From Octopus bimaculoides (Eukaryota), in the NCBI RefSeq assembly GCF_001194135.2, contig NC_068984.1, forward strand, positions 20,561,921 to 20,625,920: DNA of 64,000 nucleotides, given 5' to 3'. The notes under the pieces were generated by a model that had not been told where the DNA came from, ran no database searches, and saw nothing but the letters and a program-made list of their open reading frames with translations. This document shows, in pieces, positions 25,701 to 38,275 of the stretch; the stretch's first letter is position 1, and every line of letters starts with the position of its first letter. Position numbers and translations under genes: made by a program.

Positions 25701-27055
25701 CCGTAGAGTGAAATGTATATAGGCCAAGTGAGGGTTGTAAACAGTGGTGAATGGAAGAAGAGTGAGGTGCTGTAACCTAAGTGACAGTTACCTGTAACAG
25801 GTACAGTGTATGAAATGACAAGCAATACTTAACAAAAACTAAAAGAAGAGGGCATTCTGTAAAAAGGAATGGTATGTAATTATTGATGCAGTGGTGTAGT
25901 AAAGCTGTTAGTGAATGAAAATGAGTTTCAAGAATAGTTAAAACAACATAAAAAGAAAACAAAAATACGAAGACGAGCTTGAAGGTAGCTCAGTGTATAA
26001 GCGATGGTAAAAATAACAGTATAAGAAAATTTTCGTGATAACAAAATGAAAGTAAATGTTCGCAGTGTGTACTTTCTAGAGGACAAGAAGAGATTAATTT
26101 CAGCTAAGAGTTTAATGAATTCTAAGCTGAATTTAGTTTTTTCTTGCTCTCATCTAAGTATGTTGCGTTTTTTTTTTTGTCTTTAGATAAAGACTATTTC
26201 AATGCATTGATGTACGAGAACAATTTCGATAGATTCCTGTCCTTCTGGCCCCAAATATACCGTGAGAAAGAAAGAAAGAAATAGAAAGAGGGAAGAGTCG
26301 TATTTTTTCGTGGTCGTCTCTGAAGGAGTAGATATACTGGTTAAATCTTATTTTCAAAGTTTCTCAGTAAAATCTATGGAACATTATTCACTGGTACCTC
26401 CAATAGAAGCTTTCCAGTACATTATACTTTCCAGGAAGATACCATTTCGTAGACAAGAGTTAAGATTTGTTCACTGTTTATTTTAGCTAGAGAAAATGAA
26501 GCCACCATCAGATGCTACTTTTACTAAAGATATTTTGGAATGCATTAGATTTGTAAAAAGATCAGATGACTTTTGAACTGTTTGAGGTAAATGGTGAGTT
26601 AAGCTAAATTATTTTCTTGTCCTTGTCACTCTCGGTGGTTGCATGCGCACAGGCGCATGTGTATTTATATATACCTACACACATTCGTCTATTTCCCATT
26701 TAATATTTACATTATATCAGTGAGCTTTCACGTGGCTTTGACGGTAAATTTTAGGGCGTTTCATTATATATGCTACATATGTAGGCTTAATTTTTTGGAC
26801 CTTCAGTTCAAAAAACCTCTAAGCCATTCAGTCACTCTTGTAGCAATCTCAGTTAATAAAATCACACACATACGTATGTATGTATTTGTAGTGAACTAGA
26901 GTATATTTATAGAATTATAAAATGGCAAGTTGGCAGAGTCATGCAGTATATATTCCAACAATCTGAGTTCAAACCTCACAGTGCTCTAATATGACTTTCA
27001 GTCTAACAAGCATTGATAATCAAAATTTCAGCCAGTCTAGTATTGAGGTCAGTTT

Positions 27056-27626
27056 GGATCTTTTTTAAAACGGGGGCCACATTTTTCATTAACGAAACAC
27101 TTTGAAACTTGGAACACTGGTAGAATGTGTCATATAAAACATCTTTTTCTCTTAGTCTTCTTAAAAAAAAAAAAAGAAATCCCTAAGATATTCCATGTTA
27201 AAGCTGTCGTATTTCTGTAATTTCAACCAATCACTGACGTCCATTCAGCCGATATACATTAAGTGCCGACTACATAAACAAACGATTCTGAAACAATTAA
27301 CCCTAACCCTAACCCTAGAGTTAGGGTTAGGGTTAAAGCAAATTTAAAATGAAAAAAGCAAATAAAACGAAGGTATGGAGATTAAATACGCTTTACATCG
27401 CTTAATCAGCCAAAGGAGTAAATGTAAACAACTGAATACTTGTCAGTGATTGGTTGAAATTATCGAAATAAGACAATTTTTTACATGAAATAAATTCGAA
27501 TACAAAAATATTTTTCTGTTCTATAACACAAAATAGATAAGTATACGAAGTTTGAAAGTCTTTCCGTACCAAAAACACTACGTAAAACATTAATGAAAGA
27601 TGTGGCCCCCGTTTTAAAATAGATCC
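27056..27626. mobile_element. Second copy of the same MITE family, in opposite orientation
   Basis: Termini GGATCTTTTTTAAAACGGGGGCCACAT and ATGTGGCCCCCGTTTTAAAATAGATCC. TSD GTCAGTTT at 27048-27055 and 27627-27634. Internal arms are homologous to the 13459-14090 copy in reverse. CCCTAA/TTAGGG repeats at 27297-27336. Confidence 0.85.
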
Positions 27627-29831
27627 GTCAGTTTTTCTGTCTTTCTTGATGGTGATATATTTATGAAATATATTTATCCATTTGTCTGTCTGAATGTTTG
27701 AGGTGAAGAATTAAAAAAAAAAACCCACACTGTACAGGCTTTCATACTGACAGCCATATTAAGAAATCAGAATCCAAACAAATGAAACAAATAAAAAAGG
27801 AGAAAAAGAATAAGAAAAATACAAAAGTGCCACTCATTCTCAGTATATCTGTTCCCAGTAGACACTCGCTGTAGGGTTTCATTGCCACGTGTTTTTTAAG
27901 CCATTGGAACATCCAAGATAATTTAAAACATGACATGTTATTATTATCCCCAGAATAATAAACAATTTCACATGCAGGTGAAATAGACTATATTCACTCA
28001 CGATCAACAACAATTACCTATAGGTCTAAATCTGTTGACCCATTCTTACACCCCCCTCCAGGAACATATACATACACACATTGTATGTCTGTGAGTGTGT
28101 GTAAGGGGTTGGCAATAAGCAGAGAAAGCATTGGGTTGCAAGGTCCCTTTAGCTATGTCTTACTGACGACTATTCAATCTCTCTAGCACTGGTGCCACAT
28201 GAAAATGCATGCAGTATACTCTGTAAAGTGGTTAGCAATAGGAAGGGCATTCAACTATAGAAACCAAGCCATATGACATATACAAGCACCAGTCTTTAGG
28301 AGCAGCAGTTCCCAGTAAGAAATGACCCAGATTGTCATGATTTGTTCAACCCATGCCAGCATGGAAAGCAGAGACAAAATGCTGCTGATGATGATAATGA
28401 TATATGGGCTTATAAGGCCAGTTTTTTTGATTCTGTGGTGTATACATGAGTAATCCAGTCCACTGCAGCTAAGTCAACCAGAGCAATGCGAAATAATGTG
28501 TTTTGATGAACTTGTGTCCTACTTAATATGTCTACTCTGAAAATGGCTCAGTCCACTTAGCTGTCAAGAACCTGTGCATGGTAGAAAAACACAATTCCCC
28601 ATTGTAAACATTGGCAATTAACTATAGGAAAATCTACTTGCAGTAGATTAGATTCCTAATTTACAGCGAATAGACCACTGTAAGGACAATGTACAGGATA
28701 GATTTTGCATTTCTGCCTGGTATCATTAAAACAAAACGTAAACAGGGATTTGTGAAAGTATCAACAACAACAACAGGTTGATGTGTTGATTTCCATCCTG
28801 TTTTCTCTTTGGTAGATTTAAGATCACTTTCCTCATGCATCAACACACTTCTAACACTAGACAACTGACATACCACTTCTCTCTGTTTCTTGTACTATTA
28901 CTACAATGTCTCTTCCTCTGAATAAGTAATCTGAGTATCAGCTGAACTGCCCCAAGTTCACTCTTGCAGCCTTGATACATTTTAAGTGTGTCTTTCCAAC
29001 TTATTTTATCCACTACACAACAGCCTGTACAATGTACTTTTACCTAGTTCTCTCTCTGCAGAATCACAACTATCAAAACCCATCTCTTCCTGCAGCTCTG
29101 CTCTTTTAGGCAAAAAATCAGACCAACCCTAGATCTACCATTCTGGGGCTATGTCTATTACCCTTGTAATTCATATTGCTTCATCATCATCTTACAAGGT
29201 AAGAAATTTGCTTAGGAAGGAATTAATTGATTTTATTTAACCTAGTACTATACTGAATTGATTTTGAAAGTTTGAAAAGCAAAGCTGAACTAGATGAGAT
29301 TCAAAACCAAAATTTGAAAAAGTCGTCAGAACAAACAATGTGGGACATTTTTGTTTCACCAACCCACTGTTCTAATGGTTCTACCAATCCATAGCTATTA
29401 TAATAAAACAATAATAATGCTATCCTAATAATAATATGATATAGGCATAAAGCCTAAAATTGTTGGTGAAGGATCTAGTTGATTACATTTACCCCAGTAC
29501 TCAACTGGTACTTATTTTATCAACTTCCAAAATATGAAAGTCAATCAGTTTTGGTGAAATTTGAACTCAGAACAACAACAACAATAATAAAAATAGTGCT
29601 CGTGGAAACTGCCCATATCCTATGTAAAATACTGTCTATGTAATCCCAAATTTTAAAACAAACTTATAATTTTCTTATGTTTTCTTAGACATTCTCTAGA
29701 ACAAATACTTTGTACAAAACCAGATATATGGCATCCTAGTCATAACACCAACTTGAACTTCTAGCTTGTCTCTTGAGGTCTCTGGGTGAGACATGGAGCT
29801 AACTTGTACAAATACAAAGCAAAAGTCAAAC

Positions 29832-29871
<40 letters not shown>

Positions 29872-29872
<1 letters not shown>

Positions 29873-30350
29873 TGTATTGGTATAAAAGATGGGCTACAGC
29901 AAATATTCTGCTCAATACCATAGATTTGCTTGTCAGTTGCTTCACCTTAACCAGTTGAGCATGTCCCTTGGTGGCTGATGATATGTGCATCTCTGATCAC
30001 GAACAGAAGTAGTGGGAGAGCATCATAGCCAGGTGTTGGGAGGAATTCTTTGGCGTTTGAATAATTCACCTCTGGAAACATGGGTGTTTTGTTCATCATC
30101 CTTAAACAACCCTTATTCAAGGACCTTTTGAGTGGGATGGGCTACTTGACCTGAAGAAAATTCTAACTGGGCCCCCACCTGCAAGGTCATGTGCTGTTTA
30201 TATTGATATAAGATCACCATGTCATTCACATATGGTTGTGATGCATGTGCCTGGTGTACCCATATCAGATGGGTTGTCATAATGTGTATAATGGGCTTCA
30301 TATATTTTACTCCAGTGTCACTTTGATGGCATACACTGCTCTCTCACTCA
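29872..30350. mobile_element. ~480-bp GC-balanced block flanked on both sides by (TAA)n; probable dispersed repeat
   Basis: (TAA)n at ~29835-29871 and ~30350-30375 bracket a sequence whose composition differs from its AT-rich flanks. There is no second copy in the window, so its repeat status is inferred. Confidence 0.45.
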
Positions 30351-33300
30351 ATAATAATAATAATAATAATAATAATTTTTTTTTTCTTTCTTTCTACTAT
30401 AGAACCAAACCCTGAAATTTTGTGGGGAGGAGGCTAGTTGATTAAATCAACCCCATTACTCAACTAAGACACAAAGTTGGAAATTCGAAGGAATGGGTCA
30501 ATCAAATAAATTACACCTAGTACTTGACTGGTACTTTATTTTATCACCCACAGAAAGATGAAATGTAAAATCAACCTTGGTAGGATGTGAACACAGAACA
30601 TTATAACAACAAAATAAAAAAAAGTACAAATAAGACTCAATTATTTGTCTCCTCTTAATATACTTCCTTTTAAATGTCCCCCCCCCCACTCACACTCCAC
30701 ACACATCCACCCACCCACATACACACACCTATGTTCATAAATAATGAAGAGACATGTACATTATAGGTTGATATATGCCTATGAACATTTATCAATACAT
30801 GTGTGCATATGGAGGAATGAATGGATGTGCATTTGCCTACATACATATTTATGCATGTATACATAAATATAAAAACATATATATTGATATAAATATATAT
30901 AATCACACACATGTATATTACACAAATACATTCATGCATGTATGCATGTTTGTGCGCATGCGTGTGTGTGTATGTGTATATTTATATATAGATAGATAAA
31001 TACATGTATGTATGTATGTATGTATAATGGACATGTGTATGTAGCTGGAGACAACTGTCTGGTGTCGCAATAAATAATGAGCCACTATCATTAAAAGCTG
31101 TCTGTATAAGGATAGGCATCAAATCTGCCTAATTATGGAAAACAATCATTAAATTATACCAGGGAGGTTGGAGATGAGTGGAGTGTGACAGTAGAGGTGT
31201 TGGTGATGGTGGTGTTGCCAGAGTTGGTGCTAGATTGTTTAGTGTCCAACAATATAGACCTAAACTGTGGTATGTTAATCACTCACCCAGTCTAGAACCA
31301 ACACAGAAACAAATGGTGTGGATGGGTGGGTGGATAATTGAAGGGGGTATAAACTCCTGCTATTGTGAAACACTAGGATGTGAAATTGGTAAAATTTAAT
31401 AGATTATATGCTTTTGGGATATTTGTCTTCTGTCTCTCAGTATATGTGTGTGTGTGTGGTGTGTGTGTGTGTGTGATCATCATCATCTCTTTAACATCCA
31501 CTTTCTCATGGTTGCATGATTGGACAGAATTTACTGAAGTAAATTTTCTACAACCAGATACCCTTCCTGTCACCAACATTCACCCGTTTCTAAGGAAGAT
31601 AATATTTCCTCATTCATTTCCAGCTAAATACTGGAAATGAACGACACTGCTCACTCATACACATGATAAGCTTGTGTCTATCACATTCACTCGCAAGGTT
31701 GGTCCCAGGCTGTAGTAATAGACACGTGTTCAAGGTGCCATGGAGTGGGACTGAACCCAAAACCATGTGGTTGGGGGAAAAAAAACCTTCTTAGCCACAC
31801 AGTCACACCGGCACCTTAGTGAAAATTCTAAGAGTCAGAAAGGGACAGGCAATCATATATATTATTATTTATAAAATATTATAGTCGCATGATAGCCAAA
31901 TTACCAAATGGTTTCTTGCCAGAAATGGAGTGGTAAATCTAGTAATCACAAGAAATGGCTGAATGGAAAAGTATGGCCTGGGCTCTTTGCCACTTGAAGC
32001 CACCTCAGGCCATGCTATTACATTCCATGTTTATATGGTGTGCATATATGTACTTGTGTGTGTGTGTGTATGTACTAATAACAATGAGCAGATCTACAAA
32101 TCAAAGGCATTTCATCCATGACCTTCCAATTGATTTTTAGAGGTATGTAGAATTATATTATCTAATGTGCCCTTTCCATACTCAAGACAAGAAGGTGTGA
32201 TTTGAAGGAGAGTTTGCTATTTCTGGTAGATCTGTTGTTAGATATTTAATTGAAGGGTTGTTTGCATAATCACGAGAGGATTTGTCCTAAATAAATCTAT
32301 GGCCAATATACTGAGCTAATTCAGCAGCCTACATGTACCATGGAGACATGGTGTATTTCTGAAAGGCTTGCAAAGAAACAAGTCTTTAATTTTTGAAATA
32401 TTTGATATAATGTTATGTTCAGAAATATGTTAGGCAATAAAGCCATAGGCATAAAGGCCACAGCATGACAAAACATTTTCTCTGTGGACAAAACACACTA
32501 AGGACGGATACAAACTCCTAAACTTTTGATCAGCAGTCAGTTGTTTTGGCCAGCTGCAGCATTCATGTATGCCTTCAAATTGAGAACAAATTTTCACATG
32601 ACTTAGTAGTCTTATGCATGCTTCTTCTAATTTTATGTGTAGCAACAGGGTAGCCTTGCTACATTTCTAGATGTCTCATATTGCAAGTTAAACAGCTACT
32701 TTACCCACACTAACAAGTAGTTCTTCCCACTCCCACTTTTAACTACTTTTAAAACCTCAAACCCTCACCTCCATACTTGCATTCTTCTATCTTTATCGCC
32801 CTCCTTTACATTAAGGCTCTCTATACTGCTGAAGTAATAACAACTGTGTGTAAATATGTGTCGAGGAAAGTGTATATTCACACACACACATGTATATGGA
32901 TACTTGTGTTCATTGTTGCACATCCTTTCACATTATGCACACAAACACACATGTAAACAGCATGCATGTCTGTATATATGGTGTATATAAATAAATGCAT
33001 ATGGACACACGGACACAAAAGTGTTTCTGTTTGTGAGTATATGTACGCAACAATTGTGTCTACATATTATTTTACACATACATAAAGTGTATACAGTATA
33101 TAATATAAATGGGGATTCTTAGGGATGGTTTATAATAGCTGTCCCTTATATTCTTAGAGGAGTGTTCCCAATGAGACTTGCACCTCTTGTCATACAGACC
33201 CCTCCTGTGTTGGTACAGTGCTATTTTCAAACTGACACTGTGTCATGTACACTCACCAACCCACACATTTTACACATACTAACAGGTTAGTACTTTCCTT

Positions 33301-33664
33301 AGGCCAATTGCACTTTTGGATGCAACTCACAAATACATATGTGAGTGTGTGCATGCATGCATGTAGATGAGTATGTGATATTGTGAAGAGAAGAGAATGA
33401 TAGATCTTACTCTCGCATCTCCACTGCACTGTTTGAGTCTTCTTTCCTCAATTTCAACAACTTGTTTTCAACTTCAACCTCTCAATCTGTCAGGTCTGCT
33501 ACTTGTTTATACATACAAACAAACATATACATATATATTATCACATATTTATATACACTAACAAATCTAGCTAGCTAGCTATCTCTATAGGCTTGTGTGT
33601 ATACGTGTGTGTGTGTGTGTGTGTAAGTGAGAGAGAGAGAGAGAAAGAGAAAGAGAGGGGTTGC

Positions 33665-34176
33665 CGCCTTGACTGGCTCCCTTGCTGGTGGCACATAAAG
33701 GTACCATCCAAACATGGTCAATGCCAGCCCCCTCTGGCCCTGTGCCAGTGGCATGTAAAAAGCACCTACTACACTCTCGGAGTGGATGGTGTTAGGAAGG
33801 GCATCCAGCTGTAAAAACACTGCCAGACCAGATTGGAGCTTGGTGCAGCCTCCTGGCTTCCCAGACCCCAGTCGAACTGTCCAACCCCTGCCAGCATGGA
33901 AAACAGACGTTAAACGATGATGATGATGATGATGATGATGATGTGTGTGTGTATGTATATATATATCCATGGCTGATGCTAGTGTCCCCTGACTGGCTCC
34001 CATGCCAGTGGCATGTAGAAAGCACTCACTACACTCTTGGAGTGGTTGGTGTTAGGAAGGGCATCCAACAACATTGCCTGATCAGATTGGAGCCTAGTGC
34101 AATTGCTGGCTCTCCAGACCTCAGTCAAACCGCCCAACCCATGCCAGCATGGAAAAAGACGTTAAACGATGATGAT
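33665..34176 (+). mobile_element. Two tandem family D copies (33665-33942 and 33981-34176)
   Basis: Both read GACTGGCTCC..GGCATGTA.AAAGCAC..TTAGGAAGGGCATCCA..CCAGCATGGAAAA..GTTAAACGATGATG. Other copies or fragments at ~7680-7840, 28150-28400, 31490-31600, 35570-35700, 37530-37680, 38656-38763, 46985-47170, 51005-51055, 52670-52830 and 55430-55530. Confidence 0.8.
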
Positions 34177-34179
34177 AAT

Positions 34180-34213
<34 letters not shown>

Positions 34214-34258
34214 GATATGTTGGAGAAGCAGGCTCTTGCTAATCCCTGTATATTTATG

Positions 34259-34308
<50 letters not shown>

Positions 34309-34320
34309 CACACACACACA

Positions 34321-34866
34321 TGAGGGCGTACCCAAAAGAAAGTGGAATTTTGCAATATTATTTTATTCACTTAGTTTTACATGTTTACACTTTTTATCAC
34401 CTTCAAAGTATTCTCCATTTGAAGCAATGCATCAGTGAAAACGCGTTTTCCACAGTTGGAATCAGTGCTGGAACTCTTATTGAAGTGATGTGTTTTAATG
34501 CCTCCATCGTTTTTTTCTTCACCTCTTTCCACATCTGCAAATTCCATAGCACCAGCTTTCGTTACCAGTGATGACCTTCGAAAAAAGGTCTGGATCAACT
34601 TCCAGCTGTTCTTTCAGTTCACGACATGCATTCAGTCTCAACTGCTTTTGATCTTCTGTGAACAAGCAAGGCACAAATTTTGCTGCAACTTTTTTCATTC
34701 GCAAAACAATGACACACAATGTGGCAGTATGACCTCACTGGACAATGCCAGCTGACAGACTGATGTCTGAGGGTCGCATCAAGTGGCTTCTAGCGGTGGA
34801 AGAGCCTGAACTACAAAGGGCTTGTCCCACAGACAACGTTTATGGTTACTTTTGGGTACCCCCTAG
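34321..34866 (-). mobile_element. Internally deleted mariner (Tc1/mariner) transposon with transposase pseudogene fragments
   Basis: Imperfect TIRs TGAGGGCGTACCCAAAAG / CTAGGGGGTACCCAAAAG, with TA at the right flank. Minus-strand fragments MKKVAAKFVPCLFTEDQK..LEVDPDLFSKVITGNESWCYG are joined directly to ADVEEVKKKTMEAL..CIASNGEYFEGD (frameshifts and stops), both typical mariner motifs. Confidence 0.9.
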
Positions 34867-34961
34867 TATATATATATATATATATACACATACATACATA
34901 CATGTACACTACATGTGTTTACATGTATATATATATATATACATATACATACACACACATG

Positions 34962-35017
<56 letters not shown>

Positions 35018-35365
35018 CATATACATACATATACACAGTAGGACAGAACCTGAAATGATGTGGTTAAGAAGTATGCCTAGTGATAACATTGTAGGTTTGA
35101 TCTCACTGTGCAACATCTTGAGGAATGTCTTCCACTACAACCTTGGGTTCATTGATGAAGGCTTATCAACAAAATTTTGTAGAGAAAAGTTATGCAGAAG
35201 CATGCACATATTGTATGGTTTTATATTTTTCCTGGTTGAAGTCAATGATTTTGTGACCAAACCAGGACAACACCTTCAATGGTTTTGAGTTGTTTACATC
35301 AAATCCAGTACTTATTTGGATCTGGTGGTTATTTTATAGAAAGGGGTTTAGACACAGTGTGTGTG

Positions 35366-35409
<44 letters not shown>

Positions 35410-35925
35410 TGTGTTTCTAAATGTGTGTGTATACATCACAGTGCATTTTTGTATCTTTGTATCTACTTCTTACTGTCAAGGAAATACTAGTCCAAAGTTG
35501 AATTTTCCAGGTCTCTACTATGTGTGAAGCTTTTGTATTCATTGATTAATGAATTGCTTTATTGAAATATTGAAAAAGGCATCCAGCTCCAGAAACCATG
35601 TCAAAACAGACATTAGAGCACAATGCAATCCTCAGGCCAGATAGATCTTTTCAAACTCCCTAACCCATCCCAACATGGAACATGGACATCAAATGATAAT
35701 TTTGACACCAAATATACATGTTTTAGTGAAGGTACACACACACACACACACATGAGTGTGTGTATTATGTATGTATCTTTGTATGCATGCATGTATGTAT
35801 GTATGTATGTATGTATGTAGCTCAAATGTAACTGAGCAAGAACTTTTACCAATATCACCAGACTTGGAAGTACCATGTTTTACTTTTTTGTTTTTGCTGT
35901 TTTAAGCAGGAGGGAGACTGGGGGA

Positions 35926-35992
<67 letters not shown>

Positions 35993-37097
35993 ACCAGTCA
36001 GCAAAAGTAAAGGCAGGAGGTAGCGAGCAAGATGGTTTTCCTGTTTCAGTTTTTAACAAAAACCAAATATCCTACCCTCGCACCCCTTCCAAAACCCACC
36101 AATAACATCCATGTTGATTAGCTACTAATTCTTTCTCTGCACCCTGCCAGCCTCTTCCTGCCACCCTCTCTTACCCCTATGGCAGTAGATAGAGGGGAGA
36201 AAAGGGAGAAAATAGGTAAACAGCCAGACAGGCAAGCTGGGTTGTGGCAGCAGCAGCAGTGGGCCATATTGTTTTTAGGGCTGACATCCTGTTGATATTT
36301 CTAGAGGACATATTGCTACTAACAGCCTTATTCCACATAACTTTAGCTCTGGTTTCCTTATCCACCACAACCTGGCAACAAACCAACCAACCAACCAGCC
36401 AACCAACAAACCGACCAACCAGCCAACCAACCAACATCCTATCAAGCCTAACAACTCTGGCTTTTTATTTTATATTTTCTTAATATTGAAACACCACCAT
36501 CATCACCACCACTAACACTACCACTACTACTACTAGGACAGAACCTGAAACCATGTGGTTAAGAAGTTTGCTTAGTGATCATATTGTTGTGGGTTTGATC
36601 TCACTGTGTAACATCTTCAGGAATATCCTCCACTATAGTAGCAATAGTAGTAGTAGTAAAGTACACATCACTTAATCTGGGTCTGCCTCTCTCAAAATAT
36701 ATGTATATACATAGACAAAAATACATACATATAATCAATAATGAAATGACAAAAGAACAGGAGTTGTGTAGTCACTTTGCTGAGCTTACAGCTGTTTCTG
36801 TAACAAAGAATTATACATCTAGTTTTGATTGCTAGTGTTACAGCTTATACACATGTGGGATGCAGTTGAGAAAGACAGCAACTGCTCTGCTTGCAACAAC
36901 CAGGGCCAAGCTGGTGGCCCAAGATCAAAGAGGTATTCAAAGATCTTCCCAGGGACACGGTGAGGAATGCATGTGCCAGATTCCAAATTCGTTGGCCACA
37001 GTGGAAGCCGAGAAGTAAACTGCTTTCTCCCAGACATAAATCTAGTTGATATTTTTAAAATGCTTTTCTTTTTGGATGGGATATTGAATTTTCTTTT

Positions 37098-37482
37098 CAT
37101 CATCATCATCGTTTAACGTCCGCTTTCCATGGGTTGGACGATTTGACTGAGGACTGGTGAAACCAGATGGCTACACCAGGCTCCAATCTGATTTGGCAGA
37201 GTTTCTACAGCTGGATGCCCTTCCTAACGCCAACCACTCAGAGAGTGTAGTGGGTGCTTTTACGTGTCACCTGCACGAAGGCCAGTCAGGCGGTACTGGC
37301 AACGGCCACGCTCAAAATGGTGTATTTTATGTGCCACCCGCACAAGAGCCAGTCCAGGGGCACTGGCGATGATCTCGCTCGAAAATCCTATGAAGGCCAG
37401 TCAGGCGGTACTGGCAACGGCCACGCTCAAAATGGTGTGTTTTATGTGCCACCCGCACAAGAGCCAGTCCAGGGGCACTGGC
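37098..37482 (-). mobile_element. Retroposon family D (3' end ..CATGGAAAGCGGACGTTAAAC(GAT)n) with an internal 91-bp duplication
   Basis: Contains AGGAAGGGCATCCAGCTGTAGAAAC and a (GAT)n tail on the minus strand. The 91-bp direct repeats are at 37277-37367 and 37392-37482. Confidence 0.8.
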
Positions 37483-38041
37483 AACAGAAACTGTCAAATT
37501 TAGTCAGACCATCCCCACCACCACCATCATCATTATTTAATGTCTGCTTTCTATGCTGGCATGGATTGGCTAGTTTGACCGAAAACTGTGGCAAGTTTTC
37601 TACAGCTGGATGCCCTTCCTAATGCCAACCACTCCAAGAGTGTAGTGGGTGTTTTTTTGCATGTCACTGGCACCACCATCGGTCATCACTACGGTCTCAC
37701 TTGGCTTGATGGGTCTACGCAAGCATGGTGTTTTGCCAGAGGTCTTGTCACTGCCTCCATGATATAAAACAAACATGAGATAAGAGAAATAAGTCAGAGC
37801 GGGTAGTGGCATGTATTGGAACAATATAGATAAATATAGATATATGAAATACCATACAACATAAATTCTCGATTTATTAAAATTATCTCTGCCCCTAGAG
37901 GTTGTGTCTTAATTACCAAATGGCAATTATGACCAGTTTCAAATGAAAAAATCAAGAATCCTTGGAAGATGACATGCTATCCAGGAAAAGTACAGGCTTG
38001 CTTATTATCTTGAGATAAGAGGACATTCATGAATATGTTTC

Positions 38042-38275
38042 TTATTTCTTTATTGCCCATAAGGGGCTAAACATAGAGGGGACAAACAAGGACAGACAAA
38101 AGGACTAAGTTGATTACATCAACCCCAGTGCGTAACTGGTACTTAATTTATCGACCCTGGAAGGATAAAAGGCAAAGTTGACCTCGGCGGAATTTGAACT
38201 CAGAACGTAAAGCCAGATGAAATACTGCTAAGCATTTCTCCTGGCATGCTAACGTTTCTGCCAGCTCGCCGCCTT
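38042..38275 (-). mobile_element. tRNA-derived SINE family A, full-length young copy
   Basis: Head AAGGCGGCGAGCTGGCAGAAACGTTAGC with B-box GAGTTCAAATTCC; central CTTTGCCTTTTATCCTTCCAGGGTCGATAAATTAAGTACC domain; A-rich tail. 16-bp TSD TTCATGAATATGTTTC at 38026-38041 and 38276-38291. Confidence 0.9.

Larger units (their letters stand above)
13300..27900. other. CpG-retaining domain inside a CpG-depleted gene body
   Basis: Hand counts of CG dinucleotides: 20 in 23101-23700, versus 2 in 8221-8820 and 0 in 44401-45000. Boundaries were estimated by eye. Confidence 0.7.

Noticed and set aside
13451-27634. Composite transposon formed by the two inverted MITEs capturing 13 kb
   Set aside because: Each MITE has its own distinct 8-bp TSD, so they are independent insertions.
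37147-37170. CTGAGGA-CTGGT-GAAAC in a family D copy
   Set aside because: Only 5 non-pairing nt between the core halves and no stem III or NUH site; coincidental.
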